Shown: piece by piece, positions 27,001-40,039 of the stretch
Layout: every line of letters starts with the position of its first letter
Position numbering within the stretch: the first letter of the stretch is position 1
Assembly: GCA_964016885.1 (NCBI GenBank)
Contig: OZ024745.1
Coordinates: forward strand, 103,788,001-103,852,000
Reading direction: 5' to 3'
DNA length: 64,000 nucleotides
DNA from: Eledone cirrhosa
Taxonomy: Eukaryota
Translations under genes and position numbers: made by a program
The notes under the pieces: generated by a model
Told to the model about the DNA's origin: nothing
The model's database searches: none
What the model saw: only the letters and a program-made list of their open reading frames with translations

Positions 27001-28638
27001 CGACATGAAGGCTTGGGTTAATGTCGGAGGTAACATGTTGAAGCCTATCTCAGTAAAAAATGGAGTGAAACAGGGAGATATTCCAGCACCGACCCTGTTT
27101 GCCATATACTTTGCAATGGTTTTCTATATTGCATTCAGGAATTGCGAGCTTGGTGTTTACATCCGATATCGAACCTCAGGCAGCATATTTAACATCAGGC
27201 GCTTCGCTGCAAAGACAAAAGTATTTACATCAATCATAAGAGACTTCTTGTATGCAGATGATTGCGATCTTGTAGCGCACACAGAGAGTGATATGCAGCA
27301 CATTTTGAATGCATTTTCTGACGCTTGCACTTTCCTGGGATTGACTGTCAGTCTCAAGAAAACCGTCGTCATGTGCCAACCTGCCCCTGGTAAGCAGTAC
27401 ACTGAACCAAATATCTATGTGTATGGTAAACGACCTGGAGTGGTTGATCAGTTTGTCTACCTGGGAAGCACTGTCAATCGATACAGCAACCTTGATAGTG
27501 AAATCTCACTTAGGATTAGGAAAGCATGTGATGCTTTCGGAAAGCTAGAAAGGCGAGATATATGCAAGAAGACAAAGGTAAAGGTGTACAAGGCATGTGT
27601 GCTCTCTTCTCTTCTTTATGCCTGCGAGACCTGGGTCACATATCGACACCACCTTAAGCAATTGGAGCGTTTCCATCAGATGTGACTCAGACGGATCCAT
27701 GGCGTTCACTGGAGGGACCACATCAGTGATGTCGAGATTTTGGAAAGCTCTATGTGTGATAGTATAGAAGCTCTTGTGCTTAAGCAACGACTCCGTTAGA
27801 GTGGTCACCTTGCCAGGATGAAGGATTCTAGAATACCAAAACAACTCTTTTATGGAGAGTTAGTTAAAGGAAAACGACCGCCACATAAACCAAAAAAGAG
27901 GTATAAGGATTCCTTGAAAGCCTCTTTGAAAGACGCTAACATCTCTGCTGATACATGGGAAAATATTGCTGCTGATCGTAATAAATGGAGAAAGACTGTA
28001 TATGAGTGAAAAGTTGCCTTTGAGGCATCTCGAATCGCATACGAGAAAGTAAAGCGGGATGTGAGGAAGGGCATTGCAGTTGCACTTCCAGACGGCGAGG
28101 GTCCTCCTATGGTGCTGACATGCAGTGTCTGTGCGAGACTCTGCCTAAGCAAAGCTGGACTCGAAAGTCATATTCGCAGTCATAAAGTGGTTGACTACCA
28201 GGCTGCTGTTGGAGATGCTACTCAGCATGCTTGCCAAAGATGTGGTAGAGAATGTAAATCAGCAAGAGGGCTCAAGCGACATGCAAAAGTACACGAACTC
28301 CAACTACAGCCGGCTATTCCCAATGAATGTTTTGGTTGCCGACTCTGTGCAAGACAATTTAGATCATTGGCTGGGCTAAAAAACCACATTCGATCGCAGT
28401 GCTGTTAGTTGGTATCGTGTGTGTGTGTGTATAGATATGTTTGCGTGTGTGCGTGTGTGTGTATATATATATGCATATGTATATTATTATTGTTGTTGCT
28501 GTCGTTAATATTATTGTTGTTATTATTATTATTGTTATTAATGTATATGTATATATATATATGTATGTGTGTATATATATATTTTTTTTTTTTTTTCTCG
28601 TGCAATGGTCATACTTGATAACGAGGGGGCAGCCATCA
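27001..28638 (+). mobile_element. 5'-truncated RTE (BovB-like) LINE: RT core plus three C-terminal C2H2 zinc fingers, embedded in (TA)n
   Basis: NGVKQGDIPAPTLF, YADD, FVYLGS, LLYACETW, RIPKQLFYGEL; fingers CSVC..H..SH, CQRC..H..VH and CRLC..H. A few stop codons. Confidence 0.92.
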
Positions 28639-28884
28639 TATACTATATAGTGTATATTATATTATATATGTATATATATATATATATACTATATATATAT
28701 TATATATGTATATATACTATATATATTATATATGTATATATATATGTATACTATATACTGTATATTATATTATATATGTATATATATACTATATTATATT
28801 ATATATGTGTATATATATGTATACTATATACTGTATATTATATTATATATGTATATATATATACTATATTATATTATATATGTG

Positions 28885-28950
<66 letters not shown>

Positions 28951-29673
28951 TATATATATTATATTATATATGTATATATATATTATATTATATATGTATA
29001 TATATATATTTAATTATGTCTCACATAAAATAATACAACTGGCTATCCGCAAAATACGTATAGTTAGCACCCCAAACGTATAATTGGGATTATACTAAGG
29101 TATATCCTAATGTTTGTTGAGTGAGACGGAAGCCGGTCGGAGTATTGCTTAAAGCTTTCTCTGTTAATGTATTAAATATACTATATACTGTATATTATAC
29201 TATATACTGTATATTATACTATATACTGTATATTATATTATATATGTATATATATATATATACTATATATATTATATTATATATGTATATATATATACTA
29301 TATATACTATATATATTATATTAAATATGTATATATATATATACTATATATATTATATATGTATATATATATATACTATATATATTATATTATATATGTA
29401 TATATACTATATATACTATATATATTATATTATATATGTATATATACTATATATACTATATATATAATATTATATATGTATATATATACTATATATACTA
29501 TATATATAATATTATATATGTATATATATACTATATATACTATATATATTATATTATATATGTATATATATATATACTATATATATTATATATGTATATA
29601 TGTATATATGTATACTATATATATTATATTATATATGTATATATATATATGTATACTATATATATTATATATA

Positions 29674-29708
<35 letters not shown>

Positions 29709-29771
29709 ACTATATATATTATATCATATTATATTATATTATATATATATTTATATATATATATATTATAT

Positions 29772-29802
<31 letters not shown>

Positions 29803-29889
29803 CTATATATTATATTATATTATATATATAATTATATATATATATATATATATATAGTCTTGTTATTTTGTCTCGCCAGCGGGACATAT

Positions 29890-29970
29890 ATCTGTGACGT
29901 CAAAAGTGACGCTGGTCTTTCATGACATCAGGTTGTATTCCTTAGACTCTGCTAAAAATACGTCAGCAAG
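29890..29970. promoter_or_regulatory. Cluster of CRE/ATF-like motifs in a small unique-sequence island
   Basis: TGACGTCA at 29895-29902, TGACG at 29907, TGACATCA at 29923 and CGTCA at 29961. Motif evidence only. Confidence 0.3.
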
Positions 29971-30444
29971 ATAGTGTTTGTCCTGGTAGTGGTGAAGTAG
30001 CGTACAAGAGAGATGCGGCTTGTAGTGGCTGGTGATGAGCTTTGAAATAAGGAGAAAGGATTGAGAAGATGAAAACGGATTAGGCTTGTCCATAATAATG
30101 ATAATCATTTTAACGATATCTAAATAATATAATTTATCAGATTACTGAAATCAATTGTAACAGTATTTGTTAGCTGTTTCGTTTGTTTCTGGCTATCTTT
30201 CTCATTTACGGTCGGGCAATCTAGAAAGGATCTACGCGATGTGTGTTTGTATATGTATATATATATGTATATATACACACACACACATATATATATATAC
30301 ATACATATATCTATATACATGTCTGTATGTGTGTAATTCAGAATAGTTTTCCGAAGAGGAACGGAAGAGAAAAAAACATTTGTCTTCAACTAATGTGTGT
30401 ATGTGTATATATATATATATATGCAAATGTACAAATCATAAGGG

Positions 30445-30475
<31 letters not shown>

Positions 30476-30500
30476 AAAACCTTATGATTTGCACACGTGT

Positions 30501-30539
<39 letters not shown>

Positions 30540-30910
30540 GTATACAAATCATAAGAGATACATATTTATAAATATATATATTAAGGTATAATTGTGGTTG
30601 TTGTTTATCCCGTGGTCAACAATGGTGGGGCTGAAATTATGACTAAAGATATTCCAACTAACTCGCGTCTTTCCTTTTGAGCAAAGATCCCGGGAAATTT
30701 GGTTGTTGTTTCTAGTAGGTCAATTGATATCGTGGAGGTTTTCCCCAGCGAGCACGTGTTTGGATGTGAACAACAGTTTATCTTCATAGCTCTCCAAACA
30801 CAACAGTGTGAAAATCACTGTACTGTAACGAAGTATATACTGTCATACCACACGTAGGTAAATGGTTTCACACATACATACAAACCTTATATATATATAT
30901 ATATATATAT

Positions 30911-30950
<40 letters not shown>

Positions 30951-31008
30951 TTATATATCCTTATATATATATATATATATATATATATCCTTATATATAT
31001 ATATATAT

Positions 31009-31041
<33 letters not shown>

Positions 31042-31044
<3 letters not shown>

Positions 31045-31165
31045 TGGCTGCCAACTCGTTTTCGAGTACGGCCACTACTTTATATCCATGTAGGAGAACC
31101 CTTACCGATGCGCTAAACGAGTGTGACTTTTTAGTCCAGCCAGCGACTGGTACAAACACTACACA
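31042..31165 (-). mobile_element. 3' terminal fragment of the zinc-finger RTE-related short element, in (TA)n
   Basis: [12 protein letters not shown] followed by TGGCCGTACTCGAAAACGAGTTGGCAGCCACCAT; matches 59062-59200 and 59760-59872. Confidence 0.85.
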
Positions 31166-31176
31166 TATATATATTA

Positions 31177-31333
31177 CAGGTAAAATTCCATTATAACGAA
31201 TACTATTACAACGATTTTTTTTCAATCCCCGGCCACACGCTTGATATGTTAGGTCGATATCGTTATAAAGAATGTTTCGTTACAACGAATTTGTTTATAC
31301 CCCCGTGAATTTCGTTATAATGGAATTTCACTG
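31177..31333. mobile_element. Tc1/pogo (Tigger-like) MITE
   Basis: TA-CAGGTAAAATTCCATTATAACGAA ... TTCGTTATAATGGAATTTCACTG-TA. Confidence 0.8.
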
Positions 31334-32179
31334 TATAAACTAGTTTTGTTTTTTTAATTTCTTTTAAAACTGTAGATGATGGTGATATGTGCTGCTGATG
31401 ATGGTCATGACAATAATGATAATGGTGGAGGTGGTTACAGAGGGGGTGGCAGAGATTATCGTCTTCGTTGTTGTTATTGTTGTTTAGTTCCTGATCAAGT
31501 AGACCAATGATCATTCCGACATTGACTATCCCGACTTTTTGCGAAGTATCTATAACTACATTGTTGTCCAACGCGTCCTTCTTTTTTAAAGAAGACAGAG
31601 TGAAATTTCAGTAAGATTTGGCTGCTATTTCTAGCAGGTCGAATGTCGGTGTAGCGGCTCAATCATAGACTTTTCTTTCTTTCCTTTTTTTTTTTTGCGA
31701 AATGGTGAAAGGTATGAGGGCAGTATGTTTAACCATTAGGATAGACTTTGGTCAAAAGTTCTTGACCGATGACCAAACGGTTTTTCTTTTCTTTTTTTCA
31801 GGTGATATATCTTTTTTTTTTTAAAAAGAATATATAGTAGATTTTTAAAGATATATAACTGCTATTTCGAGCATGTCGACTGACCACATAGAGGCAGGCA
31901 CTCTCGTTGGCTTGACAGGATAGTCATGCGGAAACAACATGACCTAGCCGTGATTGTAAAAAGGGAAAAGATAAATAAATAACTAACTATAACACACTTA
32001 TTAACATAAACAGACGTACACGTGCTGAATATGTGTGTGCCTGCTTGTTTGCCTGCTTCTTTCTATGTCTATCGGTCTGTCTTTTTTTTTATAGATCAAA
32101 GCTGGATTGTTGTTTATTTACCTACTCAGTTGGTTTGTTGGCTCGCTTGTATAATATTAATAACAGTTATTATTATTAT

Positions 32180-33210
32180 TGCTAGAGATCGTTAAAGCGT
32201 CCGGCAAAATGCTTTGAAGTATTTAGTTAGGGTTTTTTAAGTTCTGAGTTAAAATATCACTATAGTTAACTTTGCCTTTCATCCTTACGGGGTCGATAAA
32301 ATAAAGTATCAGTCACGCACTGGGTCGATTTAATCGACTTTCCCTTCTGCCAAAATTGCTGGCCTTGTGCCTATAGTAGAAATAATTATTATTTATCCTT
32401 ACTGGGTCGATAAAATAAAGCACAAGTCGATTTATCCTTACGGGGTCGATAAGATAAATGTATTGGGTACTTGCTGGCCTTGTGCCAAAAGTAGAAACAA
32501 TTATTATTGCTAGAGATCGTTAAAGTGTTGGACAAACTGCTTTGACGTCTTTAGTTAGAGCTTTTTAAGTTCTGACTTGAAATATCGCTATGGTTAACTT
32601 TGCCTTTCATCCTTAAGGGGTCGATAAAATAATGTACCACTAATGCATCGGGATCGATTTAATCGACCCCACCTCACCCATATTCCCTTTCAAATTGCTG
32701 ACCTTGTGACAAATGTAGAAAATTATTGTATGTTTTGCTTTTGTCGTTACTGGGTTGATAAAATAAAGTACCAGTAACACATTGGGGGACGATTTAATTG
32801 ACTTACCCCTCCCCTAACAATTGTTGGCCTTGTGCCTAAATCAAAAACCGTTATTTAATGGGCATGAAATCTAAAGTCTCTCCTCTCTTTGCTTTTGAGA
32901 GAGAATGTGTGTGAGTGTATAAATGATAGAATATGTATGAAAAATGTGCGTTTTGTGATGCTTAACAAGGTCTCAAATTTAAGGAGAGGTGTATAGTCGA
33001 TTGTTTCGATTCCTGTACTTGATTGGTACTTTGTTTTATCAACGCTAGAAGGATGAAAACCAAAGTTGACCTCGGTGGAATTTGAACTCAGAATATCAAG
33101 AACTGTAATTAAAAATATTACAAGAGGGCAAAAGCAAAGTTGGCCAGTACGGGTTTTGAACTCAAAATAAAACGACAAGACTTTCTGTTCGACGCTCAAA
33201 CGATTCTTGC
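32180..33210. mobile_element. Cluster of older, partly tandem SINE copies (plus strand to ~32855, minus strand ~32960-33210)
   Basis: Repeated GCCTTTCATCCTT..GGGGTCGATAAAATAA.GTACC cores. Confidence 0.8.
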
Positions 33211-33244
33211 TAATCCAATGCTCTATTTTCTTGATAAAAACTAT

Positions 33245-33515
33245 AAGCCGGGGTTGGGAGTTCGATTCTCAGATCGAGCGGTTTGCTGTGTCTTTGAGCA
33301 AGACACGTTATTTCATGTTGCTCCGGTTCACTCAGCTGTCGAAGTGAGTTGCGAGGTCAGTGGTGCCAAGCTGTATCGCCCTTTGGACAACATCGGTAAC
33401 ATGGAGAGGGAAGGCTGGTACGCAAGGGTGACTGCTGATCTTCAATAAAACTTCTTTGCCAGGGTTTTTGCCTCAGAAAGGAACATTCCAGTGGTAGCTG
33501 AAGAGGATCTTACTT
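33245..33515 (+). mobile_element. CORE-type SINE fragment
   Basis: B-box GAGTTCGATTC followed by TGTGTCTTTGAGCAAGACAC.TTATTTCA.GTTGCTCC.GTTCACTCAGCTG. Confidence 0.65.
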
Positions 33516-33965
33516 TTATACGGAATAGAAATAAACGAGTATTTGAATTTATTCATTTTTAGTGTACACATTTACGCAGTCTCGGCTACTTTTATTCTGT
33601 ATATATACAGATATAATTTTATCATATACTTAGCTGCCTAGTGCACAACTTTGCCATCATGGGCATTAATAATATGCAAATTAATACGTTTATTTAAGGA
33701 TACTACTATAAGTGAAAAAGTATATCATTCATTCGATTACATATTTCTTTGTGGTTGTTTAGATGATATACACATCTGATGAAAGCCCAACTAGAATTGA
33801 AAATCAGATAAAAGTGTTTAACATTTTTTTCAGTTTACATGGAAATACGCACATTAGGCATGTTTACATGTCTATATCCCCCAAAACAGATATAACTTTA
33901 TCGTATACTTCGACTGCTTAGCGCACAACTATATATATATATATATATAGTTTTAATATAGATCA

Positions 33966-34014
33966 GATTCTACAGGACTAGAACTGTTTCATTCTTTAGA
34001 AATCATCAGGATTC
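33966..34014 (-). ncRNA. Type I hammerhead ribozyme (family E), left arm of a palindrome
   Basis: GAATC-CTGATGA-TTTC(TAAA)GAAT-GAAA-CAG(TTCTAGTC)CTG-TA-GAATC; one mismatch in stem I. Confidence 0.7.
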
Positions 34015-34058
34015 CTGATGATTTCTAAAGAATGAAACAGTTCTAGTCCTGTAGAATC
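34010..34058 (+). ncRNA. Type I hammerhead ribozyme (family E), right arm of a palindrome
   Basis: GATTC-CTGATGA-TTTC(TAAA)GAAT-GAAA-CAG(TTCTAGTC)CTG-TA-GAATC. Stem I is a perfect 5 bp; GUA triplet with predicted cut after 34053. Confidence 0.8.
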
Positions 34059-34141
34059 TCATCTATGTTAAAACTTTTATACTCTGCAATGTATTGAGTA
34101 CCTTACTTACTGTGGTTACCTCCGATTCAACCCGGAATAAC

Positions 34142-34193
<52 letters not shown>

Positions 34194-34704
34194 AAAAGGT
34201 AAAAATATAACTATTTGCATGTAGAGAGCTATATCTGAGAGTATATAATTGGTAAATAGTTTTATACAAAACTCAACGTATTTATGTAGTTATAGATGGA
34301 AGATATAAGAGATATTCTTAAGGTAAGAAATACAGAGATATAAATGTAAACACAGAGCACATCCAACCAAAGAGAATGACAGTTCTTAGCTCATTTATTG
34401 TTTTACAATTGTTTCGGCTTTGAGCTTAGTATAAAAATATTTGGCAATCATATACTCTCATATATAGCTCTCTACGAAAGAATCATACATCTCTTGGCAA
34501 TACTCCCACGATTTCTCAAATACCTGCAGCAGTGTGAATATTTGGTCGTCTGTGTTACGTTCTCAGTTAGCTTGGACTTGCTATTATCGCTACATCTCTT
34601 TGTCAAACATTTAACAAATATATAATAAATAAATATACAAATAAACATGGAGTATTATTAATGTTGATAGTAGAACGGTGGATTAGCAGTAAAGGTAGAG
34701 TGGA

Positions 34705-35401
34705 AACTGAGACTCACGTCCTCTCAAGGAAGCCTGCGCAGTGCACTCTACATATGAGTGGAGTTCCACTGGGGCAGGTGGAGAAATTCAAGTATCTCTG
34801 GACTGTGTTCACAAGAGATGGGAGGCAAGAGACTGAATTAAGTACAGGAATTGGAGGAGCTGGTGTAGTAATGCGCCAATTTCAGCATTCGATAATCAGA
34901 AGAAGGGAGGTAGGTGTAAAAACCAAACTCGCTATCTTCAATTCGGTATTCATGCCAACTTTTTACTATGGCCATGAATCTTGGGTGATGGCCGAAAGAA
35001 TGCGATCATGAATACAAGCGGCCGAAATGGGGTTCCTCTGAAGGGACTTTGGAGTAACGTTACTCGACAAAGTGCGTAGCTCAGAGATCAGAGAGTCACT
35101 CCTTGTAGATTCGCTACTTCTCCGAATTGAAAGATCACAGCTCCGATACTATGGGCATGGGGCTAGAATGTCTCAGGGAAAAAAATCTCTGGACAGATTT
35201 TACGGGAAAACCCAGCTGGCAGGAGACCCAGGGGTAGACCCCGAGCAAGATGGTTGAATTACATCCATTAGCTTGACTGGTCTCGCTTGGGGATCCAGTC
35301 GAATCAGTTGGAGACGGTTGCTTCTGACAGGACTCCCAGGAAGGAGTGTTTGAGGACTCTGCACCGACGATCCTCTCAGGAATAAGAGGGCGAAGAAGAA
35401 G
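34705..35401 (+). mobile_element. RTE LINE 3' fragment with (GAA)n tail
   Basis: QVEKFKYL..VFTRDGR, PT..YGHESWVM.ERMRS, QAAEMGFL, LLLRIERSQLRYYGH. Confidence 0.9.
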
Positions 35402-35602
35402 TATCTAATGGTTCAGGTCATGTTTTTTTATGTGACACAATTAGCAGAATTGTTAGCACATCGGACAAAATTTCTTCGGGATTTAGTTACGGTGCTTTAA
35501 TCTCATTGGAGTCAACTTTACCTTCCATTTATCCAGAGTCAATAAAATAAAGTGCCACTAAAATACGAGAGTCGAGTGCTGGTAAAATATTGCGATTGAA
35601 AC

Positions 35603-38600
35603 TTTAGTGAATTGGCCATAGGGTTATTTACTCCAGTAAATACCACTACATGCCAACCACTAATTTAATTTGTTTAGAAGATGTAAAAGAAATGACGATG
35701 TAGTAATTGAAACATGACGAATACTTCGGAAAAGTGTATCAGTAACGATTTGCATTTATTGAAGTAGCTTGTTACAATTTTGGTAGTGAAACGTACCTCG
35801 TGCCATGATGTGGTGTAATCCTGAGGTATAGGATAGGATTAGAAAAAGTTTAGCATCTGTGCTTGGTGTGGTCAGTTCTAGAGCCGTTGGTGAAAGAGAG
35901 TATACCTTTTGGCGTACCCATGCCTGGCCTTAAGGCCAGGCAGCCAAGTGGTGAAAAGAGGTAGATTGTCCTTTGCTCCTTCTTTTATAATTTCTGAAAC
36001 GGGAGTTCAAGGAGTATTCTAGAAATTCTACGGGAAGTAACTTTGGCTACTTCCCTTTGTCTAGAGAGCGCTACAAGACTCCCCTCTCAGACGAGAAGTC
36101 GAATAACCAGCCGAAGGTCATTGTAGCCTGAACCCGTAAGAAATGAGGAGCAAAGCAAAGGTACAAGAAGGTGCATGAATAAAACATAAGCTCGCAACTG
36201 AAGCAAATAGCAAAAAAAAGCACAAAACAAGTAAATGCATTTGACAAAGAAAAAATGTAAATGTAACAAAACTGATAATTCAAAGTTAACATAAAGGAGC
36301 AGAGAAAAATTAATGCTCAATGGTAAGTTCAAAGTTTCTTTAAAAAAATAGTTCATACATCACTAGTGTGAAAACGCTGAAAAAGAGCACATCAATCAAA
36401 AAAATGTATGAATGAATGAATGAATGAATGTAAGAAAAAAATTATGAATGAGGCGCTAAGGGGCCAGTGTTATGTATGCCGCTGTGTCAAATGACTGGCT
36501 GTTTGCTATTTATAACATGACCACCCAGGGTCTAATAGAAAACAAATAAAGTCTGACACGGGCGAAAATGTGCAAAATGTTTTCAAAGTTGCTGTTCTTG
36601 CATTAATTGTTATAAAAGTTGTTGTTGTTGGTGGTGGCGGTAAAAGTATGAAACTACCACTTCTGTTATGTTGCTGTGAAATCGCCGTTGGTGTTGTGGC
36701 TGTAGTTGTTGTGGTAAATGTTTTACCAGTAGCTGTTGTTGATGATGATGCTGTTCATGTCCAACGATTCCAAGGTAGGTTGGTCAGTTGCAATGGCAAC
36801 TAAATCGATATGTGCAGGAGACGCAAGAGAACACACAGAAAGTCGAGATAGTGCGTCTGCAGGTATGTTGGAAGTTCCAGCTATGTGACGAATGTCACTG
36901 GTATACTGTGAGATGAGATCCAGATATATATACGCTCTCGGAGAGTACTTGTCGGACTTGGATTGTAAAGCGAACGTTAACGGTTTGTGGTCCGTGAATA
37001 TCGTGAACTCCCGCCCCTCCAAAGGATGGTGGAAGTGCTTCACGACAAGATTAATCGCATAAAGTTTTCTGTCAAAGGTGCTGTATCTCTGTTCTGCTGG
37101 TTTTAATTGGCGAGAGAAAAATGCCAATGGTTGAACTTGGTGATTGATTACATGATGCAAAACTGCGCCAACAGCACGATCAGATGCATCAACAGATAAG
37201 GAAAGTCTCGCATTTACAACAGGATGGGCAAGGAAGGAAACTTTAGCTAGCTCAGACTTGACGGATTTAAAAGACTGCAATGCATCGGCAGAAAGTGAAA
37301 TTTTTTCATCTTTCTTTTTTGCAGCCCTTAAAAACTGTGTCAAGGGGAACAACTTGTCCGCACAGTTAGGAATAAAGCGACGATAAAAGTTAATTAACCC
37401 CAAGAAATGGCGTAATTGCTTCAAGGATGTTGGTGGTGCTAATTGCTGAATCACCTCTACTTTAGCTGGCAATCTGGAAAGTGGTCTGGGTGAGCCAGGA
37501 GAAATATCGCAGAGAATTTTTCCTTCAAGAGATGGAAGAGATAAATATTCCAATTTGCAGTAGGAGAACTGGTCAGTGGAAATGTCCAGATAAGTTTCTT
37601 TTAAGTAGCTGAGCGCAGAACGAACGTGCATAAAAATGCCTAGCAAGTGACGTCAATTTACGACGCAAGGTGTCGCAATGTTTTTACTGGCATTAATAAA
37701 GTAGCTCGTGGCCGAACTATTCTTTGAGATGAATAGCAATGAGTGTGTTGGTAAAATCCACCGCACGGGAAAATGACGAAACGAAGAAAACAAGATGGCC
37801 GATAATGAAAGCAAATAGAGCAAAAGACGCCATTTTGAATTGTTTCGGTGAATGATGAAAAAGGCTTGGTGGAAAGAGTAAGCAATAGTTGAAATTCAGC
37901 AAAAATAAATATTCATATTGAAATGTGTAAAAAAAAGTCCAATTTTTTTTTTTTTTTTTAAGTGTTCGTTGTAAGAAGAAACGAAAAACATATATATACA
38001 TCCTGTGAAATGCGACACATAGTTGATGTACGACACGTGCGTGAAAGGCAACATTTTCTGTTTATTTTGCTTGCTGAGAACATTTTTTTTTTTTTGTTCG
38101 TTATAAGATTGTACGCGAAGAGAAATCCATGTCTAAGGCGGTCGGAGGGATTTCTTAATCCGCAAAAAAAAATATCACGTTAGGTGAGAGAAAAAGAGTC
38201 TGTCTGAACGAGAATTTCACATGTGCGTGTGTTCGTTTCTGTGTTTGCGTATTTTTCTTAGTTTGTTAATAAAGTTTGCTGCGTGTTCTAAATGTTGGTC
38301 GACACATTCCAACGAAAATGGGGTAACCATTTTTTTTTAACTAGTTGAAATATATCGTCCCACGTCAGGTTCACCAGTTTAGTGAATTGGCCATAGGGTT
38401 ATTTACTCCAGTAAATACCACTACATGCCAACCACTAATTTAATTTGTTTAGAAGATGTAAAAGAAATGACGATGTAGTAATTGAAACATGACGAATATT
38501 TCGGAAAAGTGTATCAGTAACGATTTGCATTTATTAAAGTAGCTTGTTACAATTTTGGTAGTGAAACGTACCTCGTGCCATGATGTGGTGTAATCCTGAG

Positions 38601-38850
38601 GGATAGGATAGGATTAGAAAAAGTTTAGCATCTGTGCTTGGTGTGGTCAGTTCTAGAGCCGTTGGTGAAAGAGAGTATACCTTTTGGCGTAACCATGCCT
38701 AGCCCTGAGGCCAGGCAGCCAAGAGGTGAAAAGAGGTAGATTGTCCTTTGCTCCTTCTTTTATAATCTCTGAAACGGGAGTTCAAGGAGTATTCTAGAAA
38801 TTCTACGGGAAGTAACTTTGGCTACTTCCCTTTGTCTAGAGAGCGCTATA
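35603..38850 (-). mobile_element. Internally deleted Gypsy LTR retrotransposon
   Basis: 473-bp direct LTRs at 35603-36075 and 38378-38850 with about 10 differences. PBS TGGTGAACCTGACGTG at 38361-38376 resembles the tRNA-Trp 3' end; PPT GAGAGGGGAG at about 36079-36088; RT/RNase H remnant inside. Confidence 0.93.
36723..37646 (-). pseudogene. Gypsy pol remnant (RT thumb plus RNase H), rearranged
   Basis: QLRHFLGLINFYRRFIPN, VDASDRAVGAVL, PLAFFSRQL, YSTFDRKL, FTDHKPL, ADALSR. No gag, RT catalytic core or integrase core. Confidence 0.85.
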
Positions 38851-40039
38851 AAAAACCAAACTAGCTGCTATTGCATATAGTATAGTTATATATGTTTAAA
38901 AGATTATATGAGTAAAACTAACATATGCTTACGTAAACACATTTTTTCGTATATATTATTATTATTGTAAACATGATATATCTATATACATATTTGTATA
39001 TGGGGAAAAAATACATATTTGTAGTTGGGAAGACTATCTGGATAGTTTGCCATTAAAAGAGTTTACTAACAAATTAAATGGACATATTTACGCTAACGTA
39101 AATATTCCATTATACACACAATTAAATAGAATAATATTACGAAATATTTCAGTGCAATTATTTGCATTAAAAGATTTCACTAACGATTCAATAGGTTTGC
39201 ATGTAAATTTGTATGTGATTACATAAATTCTGTTACAACTGCATTAACTTCATCCCACGTATATTGTAATTAAACCAATACATGCACTTGGACATAGACA
39301 CAAAAACATGACATCGCATCTCAAACGTAGTGTCTTCTTTAGCGCTTTGAAACCAACATCTGTCAAAAGCTAAATAGGTTGCAAGCTCTCCTTTTCTAGA
39401 TGTAGGCAGGGACTCTGGTATTGATGTTCAGTATCTAGGCAATACATTGACCGACAGATCTGAGGCTTCAGAACAAATGATCATGATGGCGACGACGACG
39501 GTGACCACGACGGCGACGACCACCACGACCACCACGACAACTGAGTCTTCGGTACATAATAATCATTTATAACCTCTACTCCTATCGAACCGAAATTAAA
39601 TGGCTTAATTTAATCCTAAATAAAAATGAATACCGCTTTTTCCAATTTGATTTATATGATTATTACCCATCTATTACTATTCTTAATGATACTACCACCT
39701 TTGCTAAAACTGCCACTCACCATCATATTATTTGATATTGAGATAATCTTTCAGGCTAGAAAATCCATTCACTTCTTTAACAATAGGCCTTGGATTAAAA
39801 AAAATATACTGGACCTTTTAACATGATTATAGGAGTGAAAGACTGTGGAAGTGGGTGTGACTTGGTGGGATTATTTACTTTAATGTCGTCAGACAAAGGG
39901 CGACTCTCTTTTAAATCCGGCAGTTAATACAGAGAAAGTGGATTTATCATTCTTCGAAAAAGCAACAACAAAAAACCAATTCTGAAAAAAACTACCGCAA
40001 TTTCAATAATCAGGATTTACAATTATAGTACTACTTGCT

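Noticed and set aside
28061-28408. Host C2H2 zinc-finger gene
   Set aside because: It is contiguous with RTE ORF2 and followed by the LINE 3' end, and lacks TGEKP linkers.
16476-29925. Many Tyr/Ile/His/Thr/Cys/Val-rich ORFs
   Set aside because: They are translations of (TA)n and (CA)n microsatellites.
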